Of a DNA stretch of 64,000 bases, positions 38,426-51,995 are shown one piece after another. How positions within the stretch are numbered: position 1 is the stretch's first letter; every line of letters begins with the position of its first letter. The notes under the pieces were generated by a model that saw only the letters and a list, made by a program, of their open reading frames with translations, was not told where the DNA came from and made no database searches. The translations under genes were made by a program, and so were the position numbers. This DNA is from Octopus vulgaris (Eukaryota): contig OX597826.1 of NCBI GenBank assembly GCA_951406725.2, forward strand, positions 48,546,001 through 48,610,000, read 5' to 3'.

Positions 38426-40253
38426 CAGATGTGTGCATGTGTATGTGTGTGTATGTGTGTATGCATGTGTGTATGCATGTATGTGTGTATGCATGTGTGT
38501 GTGCACGTATGCGTTTGTGGTGTGTGTGTCTGTGTGTCTGTGTGTGCCGTCCACTATACTTGACAAATGAAGGTTAATGGTTCCTAGTTATTCTACTTCT
38601 GAAAGGCTGGATGATGATGGTGGAAGGGGTTGGTGGGAGGTAAGGTAACAATAGCAAAAGTGTGGTAGAGGCGTAGGTGTGATCGTGTACATGTGTGTGC
38701 ACACGTCTGTGTGTGAGTGTATGCGTGTGTGCATGCGTGTGAGTGTGTGTGTATGACAGGGAAAGGGGCAAATAGGGAAGGGGGACCAGGGTGTAAAAAA
38801 AATCAAATAAAAACTACAAACAAGAATTTTACTTGGATTTTATTGCTTCATTAAGCAGAAATAATACTCCACCCACCAATGTGTTTGATAGGGTAGTGTG
38901 GGGTATCGGTGGTAGGAATGGTGGTGGATGGATGGGTGGATGGTGTATGATGTTGGTGCTGATTGTGGCTGTGGTGGTAGTAGCAGTGGTTTTCATATCA
39001 GGGGTGAGATGGCAAATGATAAATTTAAAACCTTCTATGTTTGTATGTATTCTGTATAATATTTACGATGGTATTAGTAGTGGTTCTGCTAATAGTGGAG
39101 ATGGTAGTGGTAGTGATGGTGGTGGTTGATAGTTGTGTTTGTGGTAGTGGCTAAGGTGGTTGTGGCAGTGTTAGTAGTAGTGGTGTTAGTGCTGATGATG
39201 GAGTGTGGGGGTGATGATGGTGGTGATGGTAGCTGTGTTGGTGGTGACAGAGTGAGATTGCCGGTAGTGGTAGTGATGGTGTGGTGGTGATGGTGGTGGT
39301 GGTGGTGGTGGTGGTGGTGGTTGTATGGGTGGTAGTTGCGTTGATAGTGGTGTAGTGGTGTTGGCGATGGTAGTAATGGAGAGATCAGTTGACTGTCAAT
39401 GGCGATATTAGCAGTGGTTGTGGTGATGTTGATGGTGGTGGTGGTGGTGCTGGTGGTGCTGGTGGTGCTGGTGCTGGTGCTGGTGGTGACTGTGGTAATG
39501 ATGGCAAGATCACTTGACTGTCAATCATGTCGAAAGTAAAGGTCTGCTTTGCTTTATATATTCCATCTTTTTTTTTTTCCATTTCTCCCTCTCTTCTCCC
39601 TAAGCATTTTTTTTTATTTGTTTCCTTTTTTTCTTTTTGGCTTCCATTGATCTTTTAATTAACTTATTTGCTGCTTTATTAGAGGCAATGTCATTAGGTT
39701 AAACATTATGTTTAATTTCCATCATCTCCCTTTTTTTCCCTCCCCCAACCCTCACTTCTGCTGTACAACACGACTCATTCTAGTCCAGTCCAGTCCAGTC
39801 ACACTGTAGCACCAACATCTTAGTGGCGATGACCAGTATATTTCAGCCTTCACCATTTTATAGATTTTTCACAGATGGTTGACTTAATAAGGTGTTAGCT
39901 GTGACAACGTACTTGTCAAAAGGTGACAGTAGTTAATTTTCCATTGCCTGCACAGTAGCAATGGAATATGAATAAGCTGTCCACATCTGATTTCTGTTTT
40001 CTTCTCTGGTAAAGGGAAGACTTACTTCCAAAACAGGTAATCTTTACTTCACCTCATTGTGCACCATCTCACCAAAACACATCTGTTTCGCTTTGATTTC
40101 CTATCATAATTGATTCTTACAAAATATCGACATTAGCACTAAACTATTAACTCATAAACGAGATGACGAAAGAGTTGCAAGAAATAACAACCAACTCTAC
40201 CTCAAACCACTTGTGGGCGGATTTGGTTGATAGAAACTGAAGAAAGCTCGATA

Positions 40254-40435
40254 GATGGGTAGCCACTACGCATTCTTTATTTTCTCTCCTTGTTTCTTTC
40301 TGTGTTCCTTTCTGTGAAAGAGCATAGGCTCGAAACGTTAAAGACTTTTTCACTTCCTGAGCGTTATACTAATACATCTGTTTGTTTTCTACACCACCTA
40401 TCTTCGTCTTTTGTTTTTTTCATGAATTCTCCCCC
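40254..40435 (+). mobile_element. Penelope-like pseudo-LTR fragment with degenerate hammerhead motif
   Basis: CTTT-CTGTGAA-AGAGC ATAG GCTC-GAAA-CG-TT-AAAG; a related reverse fragment lies at ~56445-56530. Confidence 0.5.
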
Positions 40436-40477
40436 TATATATATATGCATATGTATGTGTATATATATAAATATAAA

Positions 40478-40680
<203 letters not shown>

Positions 40681-40887
40681 TATATGCATGTATATTTATA
40701 TTATTTTCTGTTGAGGGCTTATCTGCCCCAATATTTGACTATTTTCTTTGGCCAATACATGGTGATCAGTTATAAGCTTTAAGCTTATAAAATATTATTA
40801 TTTACAGAATTGTCATTCATCACTGCTTCTTCATTTAATGCAAAACACACACACACACATATATATATATCTATATATGCATATGTG

Positions 40888-40932
<45 letters not shown>

Positions 40933-40963
40933 GCATATGTATATATGTATGTATATATATACG

Positions 40964-40995
<32 letters not shown>

Positions 40996-41032
40996 TACAT
41001 GCATACATACACACACACACATATATATATGT

Positions 41033-41537
41033 GGAGGTGCAATGGCCCAGTGGTTAGGGTAGTGGACTCACAGTCATAGGATCGTGGTTTCAATTCCCAG
41101 ACCAGGCATTGTGAGTGTCTATTGAGCGAAAACACCTAATGCTCCACCTGGCTCCGGCAGGGCGGGGGTGAACCCTGCTGTACTCTTTCACCACAACTTT
41201 CTCTCACTCTTTCTTCCTGTTTCTGTTGTACCTGTATTTCAAAGGGCCAGCCTTGTCATACTCTGCGTCACACTGAATCTCTCCAAGAACTACATTAAGG
41301 GTACATGTGTCTGTGAAATGCTCAGCCACTTGCATATTAATAAATGAGCTGCGACGTCACTGGTGCCAAGCTGTATCGGCCTTTGCCTTTCCCTTGGATA
41401 ACATCGGTGGCGTGGAGAGGGGAGGGTGGTATGCGTGGGTGACTGCTGGTCTTCCATAAACAACCTTGCCCAGACTTGTACCTCGGAGGGTAATTTTCTA
41501 GGTGCAATCCCATGGTCATTCATGACCGAAGGGTTCA
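41033..41537 (+). mobile_element. SINE family D (composite)
   Basis: tggcccagtggttaggg..ggtttcaattccc head; 3' part shared with 60615-60950. Confidence 0.7.
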
Positions 41538-41979
41538 CAACACATATCTGTATATATACATATATTATACATATCTGTGTGTGTATGTGCTCACATGTAT
41601 GTATATGTCTTTGTGCCTGAGTTTGTCCCTCACCCTGCTTGACATCCCTTGGTTGCTTTACATCCCTGTAACTTAACAGTTCAGCAAAATAAACCAATAA
41701 AATAAGGACCAGGCTAATGAAAAACCAGAGGTAGGATTGATTTCTTTCAGCTTAAACCCTTCAAGCTAGCACCCCAGTCTAGTTACTGAAACAAACAGAA
41801 GTCAAACCATAAAAGATATGTATGTACAGAGACCCTCCCTGACTCATCAAACAAAATATCAGTTTAGTTCAGACCCAAATTTTCTATTAATTAAGAGTAG
41901 AATAAACAATTAATATTTAACTTAACGAAGGCAACAAGCTGACAGAATCATTAGCATGCTGGGCAAAAAGCTTTCTTAT

Positions 41980-42610
41980 ATTCTTTTACTTGTTTCAGTC
42001 ATTTGACTGCTGCCATGCTGGAGCACCACCTTGAAGGGTTTTAGTCGAACAACTTGACACCAGGATTTATATTTTTAAAGCTTTGTGCTTATTCTATCAG
42101 TCTTTTTTGCTGAACCTCTAAGTTACAGGGATGTAAACACACCAACAATCGGTCGTCAAGTGATGGTGGTGGTGGTGGTGGTGGTGGTGGTGGTGGTGGT
42201 GGTGGTGGTGGGGTGGATAAACACAGACGTGAAGACATACACACACACACACACATATATGTGACAGGCTTCTTTCAGTTTCCATCTACCAAATCCACTC
42301 ACAAGGCTTTGGTCAGCCTGGAGTTATAGTAGAAGACACTTACCCTAGGTTTCATGCAGTGGAACTGAACCCAAAACCATGTGGTTGGGAAGCAAGCCAC
42401 ATGGTTCTGGGTTCAGTCCCACTTCATGGTACCTAGGGCAAGTGTCTTCTACTATAACCTTGGGTCAACCAAGGCCTTGTGAGTAAATTTGATAGATGGA
42501 AACTGAAAGAAGCCCATCAAATATATATATATATATATGTATGTGTGTATGTATGTATGTATGTATGTATGTATATTTATGTATGTGTGTCTGAAACAAG
42601 TAAGAGGATA
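41980..42610. mobile_element. Head-to-head inverted SINE A pair
   Basis: Minus copy ends ...ccatgtggttgggaagcaag and abuts ccacatggttctgggttc of the plus copy at ~42397. Confidence 0.75.
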
Positions 42611-43612
42611 AAAGAATATATAAACATATATATATATATGTTAGCGCGTTCAGCTGTTTACCGAAAAGTTGGTGGTTCATGCCCTCACTGGGATGATTTA
42701 TTTTGTTGGTACAACCCATGCCAGCATGGTCAATGAAAGTGAAAGGATGATGATGATGATTATAATGATATATATATACGTGTGTGTATGTGTTTGTGTC
42801 TGCATACGTCCTCCACTGCTACTTAGTTCTAGGCAGTTTTAGTACTGGGGCTCTTGGTTTTCATTCTGGTTCTCTATGTTCTGAGTTCAAACCCTCCCAT
42901 GGTCTACTTGGGTGGTAGATTTATAATTTGTCGAGTTTAACAACACTACCTGGTTCTTGTGTACCTTTAGCAAAGCTGACTCTGTGGCAAGCATCTAGGC
43001 CAAGTACCCACTTTGAAGGTACCTTACTCACAACTAACCCCAAACAGGAGCATGAGGGTTGATGGTGAGAAGGCCCTGTAAAGAAAGGGTCATATGCACT
43101 GCCTTCTCTCCTGTGTAAAAGACAAAAATATCTTTCATTTTTCACTTGTTTTAGTCATTAGACTCTGGCCATGCTGGGGCATTGCCTTGAAGAATTTTCA
43201 GTCAAACAAGTCGTCCCCAGTACATTTTTTTGCTTTGATAAATTTGGTATTTATTCTATCAGTTGCTTTTCCCAAACCGCAAAGTTATAGGGACATAAAC
43301 AAACCAATGCAGTGGTGGAGGCTAAATACAGACACAAATGCACACACACACACACACACATATATGAATATATATAGGCTAGAAGCATTCCGTCTGTTAC
43401 AACAATGAGGGTCCCAGCTTATACGATCAATGGAACAGCTTGCTCAAGAAATTAATGTGCAAGTGGTTGAGCATTCCATGGACATGTGTACCCTTAACGT
43501 AGTTCTCAGGGAGATTCAGCATGATTCAGAGTGCGACAAGGCTGGCCCTTTGAAATACAGGTACTACTCATTTTCTCCAGCTGTGTGGCAAATATACATG
43601 AATATATATGAA

Positions 43613-43777
43613 TAGGCGTGGGAGTAGTTGTGTGGTAAGTAGCTTGCTTACCAACCACATGGTTCCAGGTTCAGTCCCACTGCATGGCACCTTGGGCAAG
43701 TGTCTTCTACTATAGCCTTGGGCTGACCAAAGCCTTGTGAGTGGATTTGGTAGACAGAAATTAAAAGAAGCCCATCG

Positions 43778-43841
<64 letters not shown>

Positions 43842-44045
43842 TGTGTTTGTCCCCCCAACTTCTCCTTACAACCGATGCTGGCATGTTTGCATCCCCGTAA
43901 CTTAGCGGTTTGGCTAAAGAGACCAATAGAATAAGTACTAGGCTTACAAAGAATAAGTACTGGGGTCAATTTGCTCGACTAAAGGCAGTGCTCCAGCATG
44001 GCCACAGTCAAATGACTGAAACAAGTAAAAAGAGTAAAAGAGTAC
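43613..44045 (+). mobile_element. SINE family A, full length (followed by an inverted partial copy 44050-44200)
   Basis: Complete forward copy. Confidence 0.85.
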
Positions 44046-44728
44046 ATAGAATGGGTTTCTTTCAGTTTCCATCTACCAAATCTACTTACAAGGCTTTGGT
44101 CATCTCAAGGCTAAAAAAAGACATTTACACAATGTGTCATGCAGTGGAACTGAACCCAGAATCATGTAGCTGAGAAGCAAATCTCTTACCACATGACCAC
44201 ATATAGATGAAAAAAAAAAATGATTTCATTTGCTTAATCCTGAAATCAATACGAAACTATGATCAGAAATATTGACTTCTAGTTTCTGGTTTAAATACAA
44301 ACTTATTGAACTAGCTTATGATTAAAACCAATAGATAAGATGATCAATGGGCTCAGTACTAAAACTGCTGAAAACTGATTAAGGTTTATGATAGTGTTTT
44401 ATATTAAGCTGAGATAGTCTTAGTATTGGATCCTTAAAGGTCTATTATCATTATAAGAGTAAATATCGAAAATGGTAGAATAACATCTAATCTAATCTGC
44501 TAAAAGTGTGATGTCTAAATATCATAAATCACTGAAAAGAATAACAAGCTTTTGTGTTACCATTTTTATATTCTACTGCGCTATCATGTTAATAGCATTG
44601 AATTTAATGACATTAAATCAAATTGATTTAATGGTTCTTTCTATGGTACCAATAGATTTGCATTTTAGTATTATCTAAGTGTACTGCTATGTTCTGAGTT
44701 CAAATTCCGCCGAGATTGACTTTGCCTT

Positions 44729-44872
44729 ATTTACATTATTTACATTCGACAGATATTTGTCCTCATCTTGTTTGTTGTTAACATAATGTTTCAGCTGATA
44801 TACCCTCCAGCCTTCTTCAAGTGTCTTGGGGAAATTTCAAACCTGGGTTCTCATTCCTAAGGTATTTTTCGA

Positions 44873-44909
<37 letters not shown>

Positions 44910-45079
44910 GTTATTGTTAGTGTTCATGTTCGAAATTTCCCCAAGACACCTGAAGAAGGCTGGAGGGTATATCAGCCAAAACATTGCGTTAACAACAAAC
45001 AAGATGAGGACAAATATCCGTTGAATGTAAATAATGTAAATAATGTACATAATTCCTCATCTCTTAAATATAGAACTGT
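44729..45079. mobile_element. Family P Penelope-like element, inverted double copy, inserted in SINE B
   Basis: Minus arm 44729-~44925 and plus arm ~44928-45079, each with a hammerhead-like motif; 14-bp TSD ATTGACTTT(G/A)CCTT at 44715 and 45080. Confidence 0.8.
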
Positions 45080-46285
45080 ATTGACTTTACCTTTCATCCT
45101 TTCGAGGTCGATAAATTAAGTACCAGCTGTATACTGGCATCAATCTAATTGACTGGCCCCCTCACCCAAAATTTCATGCCTTGTGTGTAGAAAAGAATAG
45201 ATTTACATTTTAGTATTATCTAAGTGTGCTGCTATGTTCTGAGTTCAAATCCCACCAAGGTCGACTTTGTCTTTCATCCTTTCAGGGTCAATAAATTAAG
45301 TATCAGTGAAACACTCATGACAGTAAGATTGTAGTTTCGATTCTTGGATTGGGTGATGTGTTCTGTTCTAGAGTAAAACACTTCATTTTACTCTGCTGAT
45401 GAAAATTAATACTCCTGTGATGAACTGGCTTCCTGTCCGGGGGGAATATATACATCGTAGAATCCAGAAAACCAGCGTTAAGAAATTACGACTCAGGAAG
45501 GACTGTTGGCCCCATTTTTTGGTTGTTTATCTAAATCTAATTATTTAGATTTTGTATGTGGTTTGCAAGATTCTTTATGTGAATTCGTGTATTGAAGCAT
45601 ATTTTATTGTGTCTGGGGAGAGTCATTCTCCTTTAGTGCCGTATTAATTTAACACCCTCACTAGATTGATTCCCACTCATTTACTTATTTACACAATAAT
45701 CTAAATCTAAGTCACAGGTAAATATTTGCCAAATTTGGATTCTGCTCTTTTCCATACCTTACATGCTTTACTCTATTACAGTGTTATTTTTCTATAACTC
45801 CATTACTCTGTTTCAGTTGTTTGATTGTGGCCATACTGGATGATCTTAGGGAAAGAATTTAGCCATTCATATAAATTCTAAGATTGTCTTTTTTTTAAAA
45901 AAACTAGTCTGGTACTTAATTTTAGCAACTTTAATTATTATTAGTAAGGCAGCAAGTTGTCAAAATTGCTGATACATCAGGCAAAATGCTTTTTTTCTTG
46001 CCAGTCTTTATGTTTTGAGTTCAAATTCTGCCATGGTCAAGTTTAACTTTTTATCCTTTCAGGGTTGATAAAATAAGAAGCAATGAAGTCCTGGGATCAA
46101 CTAATTCAATTCCACTAAAATTGCTGGCCTTTTGCCAAAGTTTGAAACAATTATTATGACAAGTTATAGTTAAGGTGGTGAACTGACCAGATCAGTGGCC
46201 TGCCAGACAAAATGCCTCGCAGCATTTTATCTGTCTTTATGTCCTGAGTTGAAATCACACTGAAGTCAACTTTACCTTTAAGGGT

Positions 46286-47310
46286 CAATAAAATAAGTAC
46301 CAGATAAAATAAGTACCAGATAAAATAAGTACCAAGTGCCAGATAATTACTAATAAGTACCAATAAAATAAGTATCAGATAAAATAAGTACCTGAACTTG
46401 CTAGCCTGGTGCCAAAATGAGTACCAGATAAGAACCAATAAGTACCAATAAAATAAGTACCAGATAAAATAAGTACCTGAAATTGCTAGCCTGGTGCCAA
46501 AATAAGTACCAGATTAGTACCAATAAGTACCAGATAAAATAAGTACCTGAAATTGCTAGCCTGGTGACAAAATGAGTACCAGATAAAATAAGTATCAGAT
46601 AAAATAAGTACCTGAACTTGCTAGCCTGGTGCCAAAATGAGTACCAGATAAGAACCAATAAGTACCAATAAAATAAGTACCAGATAAAATAAGTACCTGA
46701 AATTGCTAGCCTGGTGCCAAAATAAATACCAGATAAAATAAGTACCAGATTAGTACCAATAAGTACCAGATAAAATAAGTACCAAGTGCCAGATAATTAC
46801 TAATAAGTACTAATAAAATAAGTATCAGATAAAATAAGTACCTGAACTTGCTAGCCTGGTGCCAAAATGAGTACCAGATAAGTGCCAAGTACCAGATAAG
46901 TACCAATAAAATAAGTACCAGATAAGTGCCAAGTACCAGATAAGTGCCAAGTACCAGATAAGTACCAATAAGTACCAATAAAATAAGTACCATATAAAAT
47001 AAGTACATGAAACTGCTAGCCTGGTGCCAAAATAAGTACCAGATAAGTACCAACAAGTACCAATAAAATAAGTACCTTAAACTGCTAGCCTGGTGCCAAA
47101 ATAAGTACCAGATAAATTAAGTACCTGAAATTACTAGCCTGGTGCCAAAATGAGTACCAGATAAGTACCAATAAAATAAGTACCAGATAAAATAAGTATC
47201 TGAAATTGCTAGCCTGGTGCCAAAATAAGTACCAGATAAGTACCAATAAGTACCAATAAAATAAGTACCAGATAAATTAAGTACCTGAAATTGCTAGCCT
47301 GGAGCCAAAA
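46286..47310 (+). repeat. Modular minisatellite expanded inside a SINE B copy
   Basis: Shuffled modules CAGATAAAATAAGTAC, CAATAAGTAC, CAGATAAGTAC and CTGAAATTGCTAGCCTGGTGCCAAAATAAGTAC between a SINE B 5' part (~46170-46285) and 3' tail (~47290-47325). Confidence 0.9.
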
Positions 47311-47561
47311 TTTTTAACCATTATTAGCCGTTGTTAAGATAGCAAGCTTGCAGAATTGTTAGCATGTTGGACAAATTGTTTTGTGGCATTTCTCCCACCT
47401 CTTTACATTCAAGTTCAAAATCTGTCAAGGTAAATTTTGCCTTACAGCCTTTTGCAGGGGTGGGGTCAGATAAAATAAGTACCAATCAAAAACTAAGGTC
47501 AATGTAATCAATTCACACCTTCTAAAAAAAATTGCTGTCCTTTTTCCCAAAATGCAAAACA

Positions 47562-47602
<41 letters not shown>

Positions 47603-47897
47603 CATTGTTGCTGCTGCTGCTGCCACCATTGTTGTTATTGTTGTTGTTGTTGTTTTCCAGGATGATAAATTACAGAATCAGAAGAGCGCTGGATGAAATA
47701 TCATGAGATATTTAGTTACAAACCTTTTATGCTCCAAATTTAAAACACCAACCCACCACCTGATCTGTGTTTTAGCTTTCATCCTTCTGGAGTTGATAAA
47801 ATAATTACCACTGAAATACTTGGAGGGGTTTAGCTAAACCATCTACCCCACTTTCTTCTAAATTTATGGCTCTCTATTTGCTGCTTTCAGTTTAGAA

Positions 47898-47949
<52 letters not shown>

Positions 47950-48249
47950 GTTATTATTATTATTGTCGTTGCTGTAATTATTTTTGCCATGTCATCATCA
48001 AAACACATAAACAAAGAGAAGCTATAACTGCAATATTTCAAAATTATACGTATTATGTTACAAACAAATTAATGAAGGAAAAAACAAACATATACACATA
48101 TGCACACACACAAAAAAAAATTAATAATAATAATCATAATAGTAATAATAATAATAATATAGAAATGATAGAATATTTTAATTATATATCATTATTCTTG
48201 TAAAGTCACCTCATTCATCTGTTGCCCTGGTGGCAAGTAAAACAATTAA

Positions 48250-48269
48250 TAATAAGGATGATGATGATG

Positions 48270-48321
<52 letters not shown>

Positions 48322-48370
48322 TATTAATATTAATAATAATAATAACAACAACAACAACAACAACAACAAC

Positions 48371-48411
<41 letters not shown>

Positions 48412-48775
48412 TGATGATGATGATGATGATAATAATCGTGGTGGTAGTGGTGATGGTGGTATGGTGAACAACATTGAGGATAATGAGGATTTCTTGTATT
48501 TGCCACAGGGGTGCCAAATAGTAACAATAATAACAATAATAATCTCATCTCCATCATTATCAACATCATCATCATCATCGTTGTCGTCGTCGTCATTGTT
48601 GTCGTCATCATCATCATCACTACCACCACCACCACCACCACCGTCGTCGTCGTCATCATTGCCAGCCTCAGCACCATCATCATCATCATCAATGCCACTG
48701 TTGTTGCCATAATCATCATCATCATCATTATCATTGTTGTTGTTGTTGTTGTTGTTGTCATCATTATTATTACTT
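48250..48775. repeat. Compound trinucleotide microsatellite block (AAT/AAC/GAT/CAT/GTC/CAC/GTT)
   Basis: Direct reading. Confidence 0.9.
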
Positions 48776-49694
48776 TTATGAACGTTGTTGTTTATATTAT
48801 TGCTATATTTGAGATATTAACTTGCCATTTATTGGAGCCTTTCGTAATCCAAAGAAGTACCCTTACCCCCACCCACTCCTCTCAACCCTCCCCCCCGGTA
48901 ACTCGATTTGGTAGTGGAAAATTATTAAGAGAGATTTGAAGTAATTTAAGACCAAAGTATTCCAATGGGAATTGGCGAGTGTTGCGAAAATAAAAATCAT
49001 TGAAAAATGTTGCTTTATAAGAGATGTTGGAAGAAACAACACTGTAGGGGTCTAGTGGTGGGGAGATGGGGTGAGAAACGGTTTCTAATGGCACAACATA
49101 TCAATCTAAGTTGAGCTGTTAAGGAACCTGAGAGTTTTGAGAAAATAGTTGTTAGCCTTTGAGATTAAGGGTCGGTGTCGGAGACAGACGAAAGTGATGT
49201 GGTAACAAAACATTGGACCTTTAGGCCTCTCTCTCTATACATCTCAGTCTGGTCTTTATGTTTTTGTTTCCACTTTTGTTTCATAGTGAGGGCGTGTGGT
49301 TTAGTGGTTAGGATGTTGGACTTGCAATTGTTATGATGTTGGTTCAATTCTCAGATAAGGTAGCATGTTGCTTCTTTTAACAAAGCATTTCTTTTTGCAT
49401 TGTTTCTGAACATCAGTTAAAATTAAGTAACAGTAACACCTGGGTGACATCTATGACAGACTGGCATCCTATTTAGAGTGAAGTCCCGTGGCTTCAGCCT
49501 CAAAAACCTTAAAAATCCAAATTAACTCCATGTGCCTTGCAGGCTTAATATAGGTTTAAGTCCCACTCAGAGCAAGCCCAGGTTAGGCTCAAGGTGGGCT
49601 CAAGAAAGGCTTTCTTTGTGGCAGGTAAAACAGAAGTATGAGAATCTAGTGAAGGAGAACAGAACAGTGAGAGAAAAGAACAAGAGGTTAAGGG

Positions 49695-50115
49695 ATTCTA
49701 TATTTAAGAGATGAGGAATTATGTACATTATTTACATTATTTACATTCGACGAATATTTGTCCTCATCTTGTTTTTTGTTAACACAATGTTTCGGCTGGT
49801 GTACCCTCCAGCCTTCTTCAGGTGTCTTGGGGAAATTTCGAACCTGGGTTTTCATTCCTAAAGTTTTCTTCGATGTTATTGTTGTTGTTGCTGTTCAGGT
49901 CACTGTTTTGAATCGAACTCGGAATCTTGGGGTTAGTAACACGTAATAATAATAATAATAGTAATAATAATAATAATAACAACATCGAAGAATACTTTAT
50001 GAATGAGAACTCAAGTTCGAAATTTCCTCCAAGACACCTGAAGAAGGCTGGAGGGTATATCAACAAACAACCACAAGATGGGGACAAATATCCGTCGAAT
50101 GTAAATAATGTAAAT
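49695..50115. mobile_element. Family P Penelope-like element, inverted double copy
   Basis: Minus arm with intact core GACAC-CTGAAGA-AGGCTG..CAGCC-GAAA-CA-TT-GTGTT (49781-49826); 13-bp TSD AAGAGGTTAAGGG at 49682 and 50116. Confidence 0.8.
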
Positions 50116-50788
50116 AAGAGGTTAAGGGCTTGATAAATGTGTGAGGCCTAGTATAGAATTTGAAATCATTATTAGCTGGCAGAATTGTGTGTGTGTGTGT
50201 ACTTAAATGTATGTTTGTTTGAGTGAGATCTTATTTCTCCTCGCCTTTACGTGTGCAATGATAGCAAACAAAAGGCTCATTTAATTGGTATTGTTTGGTT
50301 CCCTATTTCTGTGTAACCAGACCCAGAATGCTCATTACGCTATAACCTGGAGGATTATAACTTTGTTTAGAAACAAGTGAGGGTTAACGCCAGGAAGGGC
50401 ATCCATCTGTAGAAATCTATGCCCTGATGCAGCTGCTTGTGACCCATGGAAAAGTAAACTTTAAAACATTGACATATGTGTGTGTGTGTGAATTTACATA
50501 CACACGCATGCACATGCAAACACACACACTCACACATACATACACACACGCTGTTTACACGCACACGTGCACACAAAGTCTTCAGGAGAGCAGAAGTATA
50601 CAGAATAATTTACGTAAATAAATTAATAAAATATCAGAGTCAGAAAAACGGAAACTGTTTATTAATAAAAAAAAATCATAGTCAATAAAACTGAAATAAT
50701 TTGAAATAGAATAAGTTAAAATAGAACATATTTATAGCTTGAATTTAGCGCTTTCATCTGCCTATAGACTTCTGCAGATTTAAAATTT

Positions 50789-51380
50789 TAAGGCGGTGAG
50801 CTGGCAGAAACGTTAGCAGGCCGGGCAAAATACTTAGTGGTATTTCGTCTGCCGTTATGTTCTGAGTTCGAATTCCGCCGAGGTCGACTTTGCCTTTCAT
50901 CCTTTTGGGGTCGATTAAATAAGTACCAGTTACGCACCTGCTTGTCTGTTCTTGTTTGTCTCCTCTGAGCTTAGCCCCTTGTGGGTAGTAAAGAAATAGG
51001 TATTTCGTCTGCTGCTACGTTCTGAGTTCAAATTCCGCCGAGGTCGACATTGCTTTTCATCCTTTCGGGGTCGATAAATTAAGTACCAGTTACGCACTGA
51101 GGTCGATGTAATCGACTTAATCCCTTTGTCTGTCCTTGTTTTTCTCCTCTATGTTTAACCCCTTGTGGGCAATAAAGAAATAAGAAACGTCAGCACGCCG
51201 GGCGAAATGCTTAGTGGTGATTCATTTGTCTTTATGTTCTGAGTTCAAATTCCGCCGAGGTCGAATTTGCCTTTCATCCTTTCGAGGTCAATAAATTAAG
51301 TACCAGTTGCGTACTGGAGTCGATGTAATCGACTGGCTCCTCCCCCAAAATTTCGGGCCTTGTGCCTAGAGTAGAAAAGA
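50789..51380 (+). mobile_element. Head-to-tail array of three SINE B units
   Basis: Three successive gttctgagttc.aattccgccgaggtcg...aagtaccagtt units. Confidence 0.85.
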
Positions 51381-51904
51381 AAAGTGTGTAATTTTTATTG
51401 TGTGATATGTTTATTTAAATATCTTTATGTAGTAGAACTATAATGCAGTTTATTTCAGAGAAATCATTTTTTTCTCCATTCTTCTGGTATTGGGAATCTT
51501 CCCTTGAGTCTCTACAAAAAAAAAGAAATGAAAAAAGAAAAATAGATGTAGCCTACAAATTTCTCAATGTTTACTTCGTGGAATTTCCCGTAGCTCTGGC
51601 TGTATATTTGTTGTGGCTGTATCCTGACCTGTTCCTATTAAAAGTTTTTAAAACTTGACGAGCTCAAACACGGATGAAAGTGCTACATTCAAGCGACTGT
51701 AGTCTATTTGTATATATTTTATTTTAATTTTACTGACCATGATCTCTTATAAATATAGTATTTCATTTTTTCTTACTGTAATTTTTTTATTAGACTATTT
51801 ATATATCAATTCGTAGACTGTCAAAGACGTTTATGCTTAAATAAGTGTATGTATATGTTGCATGTGCTGCGCTTTCTCAACTAAGTATGTGTGTGTGTAT
51901 TTGC

Positions 51905-51995
<91 letters not shown>

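Noticed and set aside
46154-47310. CRISPR-like or repetitive-protein interpretation of the 46-47 kb array
   Set aside because: No unique spacers, no cas genes, eukaryotic context; the modules derive from SINE B, and the ORFs are repeat artefacts
48230-48939. Low-complexity ORFs of 140-160 aa
   Set aside because: Compound trinucleotide repeats are open in several frames on both strands; no splice or homology support
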